Below are positions 18,073 to 20,000 of a stretch of DNA of 20,000 bases, piece after piece (the stretch's first letter is position 1; the number at the start of each line of letters is the position of its first letter). The DNA is from an uncultured virus (IMG/VR IMGVR_UViG_650377941_000004). Lineage: Duplodnaviria > Heunggongvirae > Uroviricota > Caudoviricetes. The notes beneath the pieces are model-generated. The model saw only the letters and a program-made list of their open reading frames with translations, was not told the origin of the DNA and ran no database searches. The DNA is taken from IMG/VR virus record IMGVR_UViG_650377941_000004; one strand, written 5' to 3'. A program made the translations under genes and the position numbers.

Positions 18073-18077
18073 AATCT

Positions 18078-19559
18078 ATGACTGCTGTTATCTATGCTCG
18101 TTACTCCTCCGACAACCAGCGTGAAGAATCTATCGAGGGGCAGATTCGGGAATGCACGGCTTATGCGGAAAAGAACGGCATCACGGTCATCAAGCACTAC
18201 ATTGACCGTGCATTCTCTGCCAAAACGGACAATCGCCCGGAGTTCCAGCAGATGATCAAAGACAGCGGCAAGAAGCTGTTTGATGTTGTTCTCGTCTGGA
18301 AATTTGACCGCTTTGCCCGGAACCGTTTTGATAGTGCAAACTACAAGATGATTCTGAAAAAGAACGGTGTCCATCTGATTTCTGTTATGGAACCCATTGC
18401 CGAGGGCTCACAGGGCATTCTGGTGGAAACGCTGCTGGAAGGCATGGCAGAATACTATTCGGCAGAGCTGTCCGAAAAAGTGATTCGTGGTCAGACCGAG
18501 AACGCCCTGAAGGGTAAGTGCACTGGCGGTACGGGAACCATCGGCTATAAAATCGACGAGGACAAGTTTTATCATCTTGACCCGCTGACCGCTCCGCTGG
18601 TGTTGGAAGCATTTCAGCGGTATGACAACGGCGATAAGATGGTGGAGATCGTAAACTTTCTCAACGACAAGGGTGTCCGCAATATGCTGGGCGGCAAAAT
18701 GACCCACAGCAGCGTGAATACCATGCTGAAGAACCGTCGGTACATTGGCGAACTGTCTTTCCGGGATATCGTTGTGCCGGATGCGATTCCGACTATTGTT
18801 CCGAAAGACCTGTTTGACCGGGTGCAGAAGCGTTTGGATAAGAACAAGCGTGCCCCTGCCTGCGGCAAGGCAGACGAGGAATATCTGCTGACCACCAAGC
18901 TGTTCTGCGGCAAATGCGGTACGCTGATGTTCGGCGAAAGCGGAACCAGTGCTACTGGGCGCACCTACTATTATTATAAATGCGCCAACGTCAAGCGGCG
19001 CAAGGGCTGCAACAAAAAGACCGTGCAGAAGGAATGGCTGGAAGATCTGGTCGTCCAGAAGACCATGAAGCTGATTCAGGACGATGCGGTGATCGACAAG
19101 ATCGTTCAACTGGTTATGGATGTCCAGAATCAGGAGAACACTACGATCCCGCTGCTGGAAAAGCAACTGAGAGAGGTCAACAAAAAGCTGGATAACCTGA
19201 TGAAAGCTATCGAGGACGGCTTGTACACCCGGACAACGAAAGAACGTCTGGAAGCACTGGAGATCCAGAAAGATGAGCTGACTGCAAAAATCGCAGATAA
19301 AAAATTGAAGAAGCCCAGCTTCAATGAGGATTTCATCCGGTTCTGGCTGATGAAATTTAGAAAGTTCGATATTTCGCAGAAAAAGCAGCGGAAAGCGCTG
19401 ATCGAAATTTTTGTCAATGCCATTTTTCTGTACGATGATCGGATGCTGATCACGTTCAACTACAAGGATGGCACCCAAACCGTCCGATTTGAGGACGCTT
19501 TGACGGCTGATGGGGTAGAAGGAAAAAGTTCGGATTTGTCCAGTTCTGCTGGACCATAA
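18078..19559 (+). CDS. Large serine recombinase (resolvase + recombinase + Zn-ribbon)
   Basis: YARYSS catalytic Ser, DRFAR, CGKCG...YYKC...C zinc ribbon, coiled coil. Confidence 0.96.
   Translation: MTAVIYARYSSDNQREESIEGQIRECTAYAEKNGITVIKHYIDRAFSAKTDNRPEFQQMIKDSGKKLFDVVLVWKFDRFARNRFDSANYKMILKKNGVHLISVMEPIAEGSQGILVETLLEGMAEYYSAELSEKVIRGQTENALKGKCTGGTGTIGYKIDEDKFYHLDPLTAPLVLEAFQRYDNGDKMVEIVNFLNDKGVRNMLGGKMTHSSVNTMLKNRRYIGELSFRDIVVPDAIPTIVPKDLFDRVQKRLDKNKRAPACGKADEEYLLTTKLFCGKCGTLMFGESGTSATGRTYYYYKCANVKRRKGCNKKTVQKEWLEDLVVQKTMKLIQDDAVIDKIVQLVMDVQNQENTTIPLLEKQLREVNKKLDNLMKAIEDGLYTRTTKERLEALEIQKDELTAKIADKKLKKPSFNEDFIRFWLMKFRKFDISQKKQRKALIEIFVNAIFLYDDRMLITFNYKDGTQTVRFEDALTADGVEGKSSDLSSSAGP
19526..19556. 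other. attR of island, overlapping last recombinase codons
   Basis: AAGTTCGGATT...TGGACCA immediately followed by the TAA stop. Confidence 0.8.
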
Positions 19560-19600
19560 ATCCAACGATTTCACGTTAGAAATCGTTGGATTTTTTGTTT
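19558..19600 (+). terminator. Intrinsic terminator after attR
   Basis: AAATCCAACGATTTC-acgtta-GAAATCGTTGGATTT then TTTGTTT. Confidence 0.85.
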
Positions 19601-19619
19601 GTGGGCTGACCTCATTTGG

Positions 19620-19643
19620 TTTTGACCACAATTTTGACCACAA
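19620..19643. repeat. Tandem 12-bp repeat (possible integrase arm-type sites)
   Basis: TTTTGACCACAA x2, about 65 bp from att core. Confidence 0.6.
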
Positions 19644-19673
19644 TGCCAACGATTTTATCTGGTCTACTGCCTG

Positions 19674-19805
19674 CCGGATGCCCGCTGTCAGCGGCGCAGA
19701 GAAGCCGTTCTGCTCGGCAAAGAGCAGTGCTTCCTGCTCCACGGTCATGCCCGTGTACACCTTGCAGAGGATCGGCAGATCTTTGCCGCCGTTACGGTGG
19801 ATGCG
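19674..19805 (-). pseudogene. Internal fragment of a DUF6551/ParB-like protein
   Basis: RIHRNGGKDLPILCKVYTGMTVEQEALLFAEQNGFSAPLTAGIR; recognised from memory of the family, no start codon. Confidence 0.45.
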
Positions 19806-20000
19806 TCAGTGGGTCGGCTGGGTATACTTTTTTGCGGCCTTGCTTGTCAATGTGGCCACGATCAGCGTGGGCGAGTAAAAATTTCCCACATCGTTCTGGA
19901 GAACGACTGCCGGACGATTCCCGCTTTGCTCTGAACCGGTAGCGTTGTCGAAACGGGTGAAGAAAATGTCTCCACGCTGGAATTTCCAGTTTTGGATCAA
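19806..20000 (-). pseudogene. mazF: PemK/MazF-family toxin, C-terminally truncated
   Basis: RGDIF...GSEQSGNRPAVVLQNDVGN.YSPT.IVA; stops at PTH, lacking the C-terminal half. Confidence 0.8.

Larger units (their letters stand above)
1609..19556. mobile_element. Decayed integrative mobilisable element / defence island integrated by a large serine recombinase
   Basis: TGGACCA direct repeats at both ends with matching inverted arms; terminal serine recombinase; relaxase remnant, ParB-like gene, defence cargo. Confidence 0.85.

Noticed and set aside
1..20000. CRISPR array, rRNA or retron/RT elements
   Set aside because: No regularly spaced repeats, rRNA-like sequence or RT motifs seen.

Overview
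The window has three parts joined at a shared attachment-site motif (AGTTCG-N17-TGGACCA). (1) 1-1615 is the right end of a prophage: XkdX-like gene, M15 peptidase endolysin, two holin-like genes and a terminator. (2) About 1616-19556 is a ~17.9 kb decayed integrative/mobilisable element that now acts mainly as a defence island. Its backbone is a large serine recombinase at the right end, a ParB-like gene and a broken relaxase. Its cargo is an ImmA/IrrE peptidase + DUF4411 PIN pair, a type I R-M operon with an FRG-domain gene between hsdS and hsdR, a DUF6036-like nucleotidyltransferase + HTH pair, and a caspase-family protease. (3) 19557-20000 holds remnants of another element (truncated mazF/pemK). 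The host looks like a Faecalibacterium-like gut Firmicute (inference). Most notable: the att core lies inside the recombinase 3' end, so excision would add a 30-aa tail; 16-bp inverted repeats would let hsdS flip between a full-length and a half-size specificity subunit; and a 17-bp direct repeat brackets the caspase gene like an inserted cassette. Family assignments are from motif recognition only; no database search was run.
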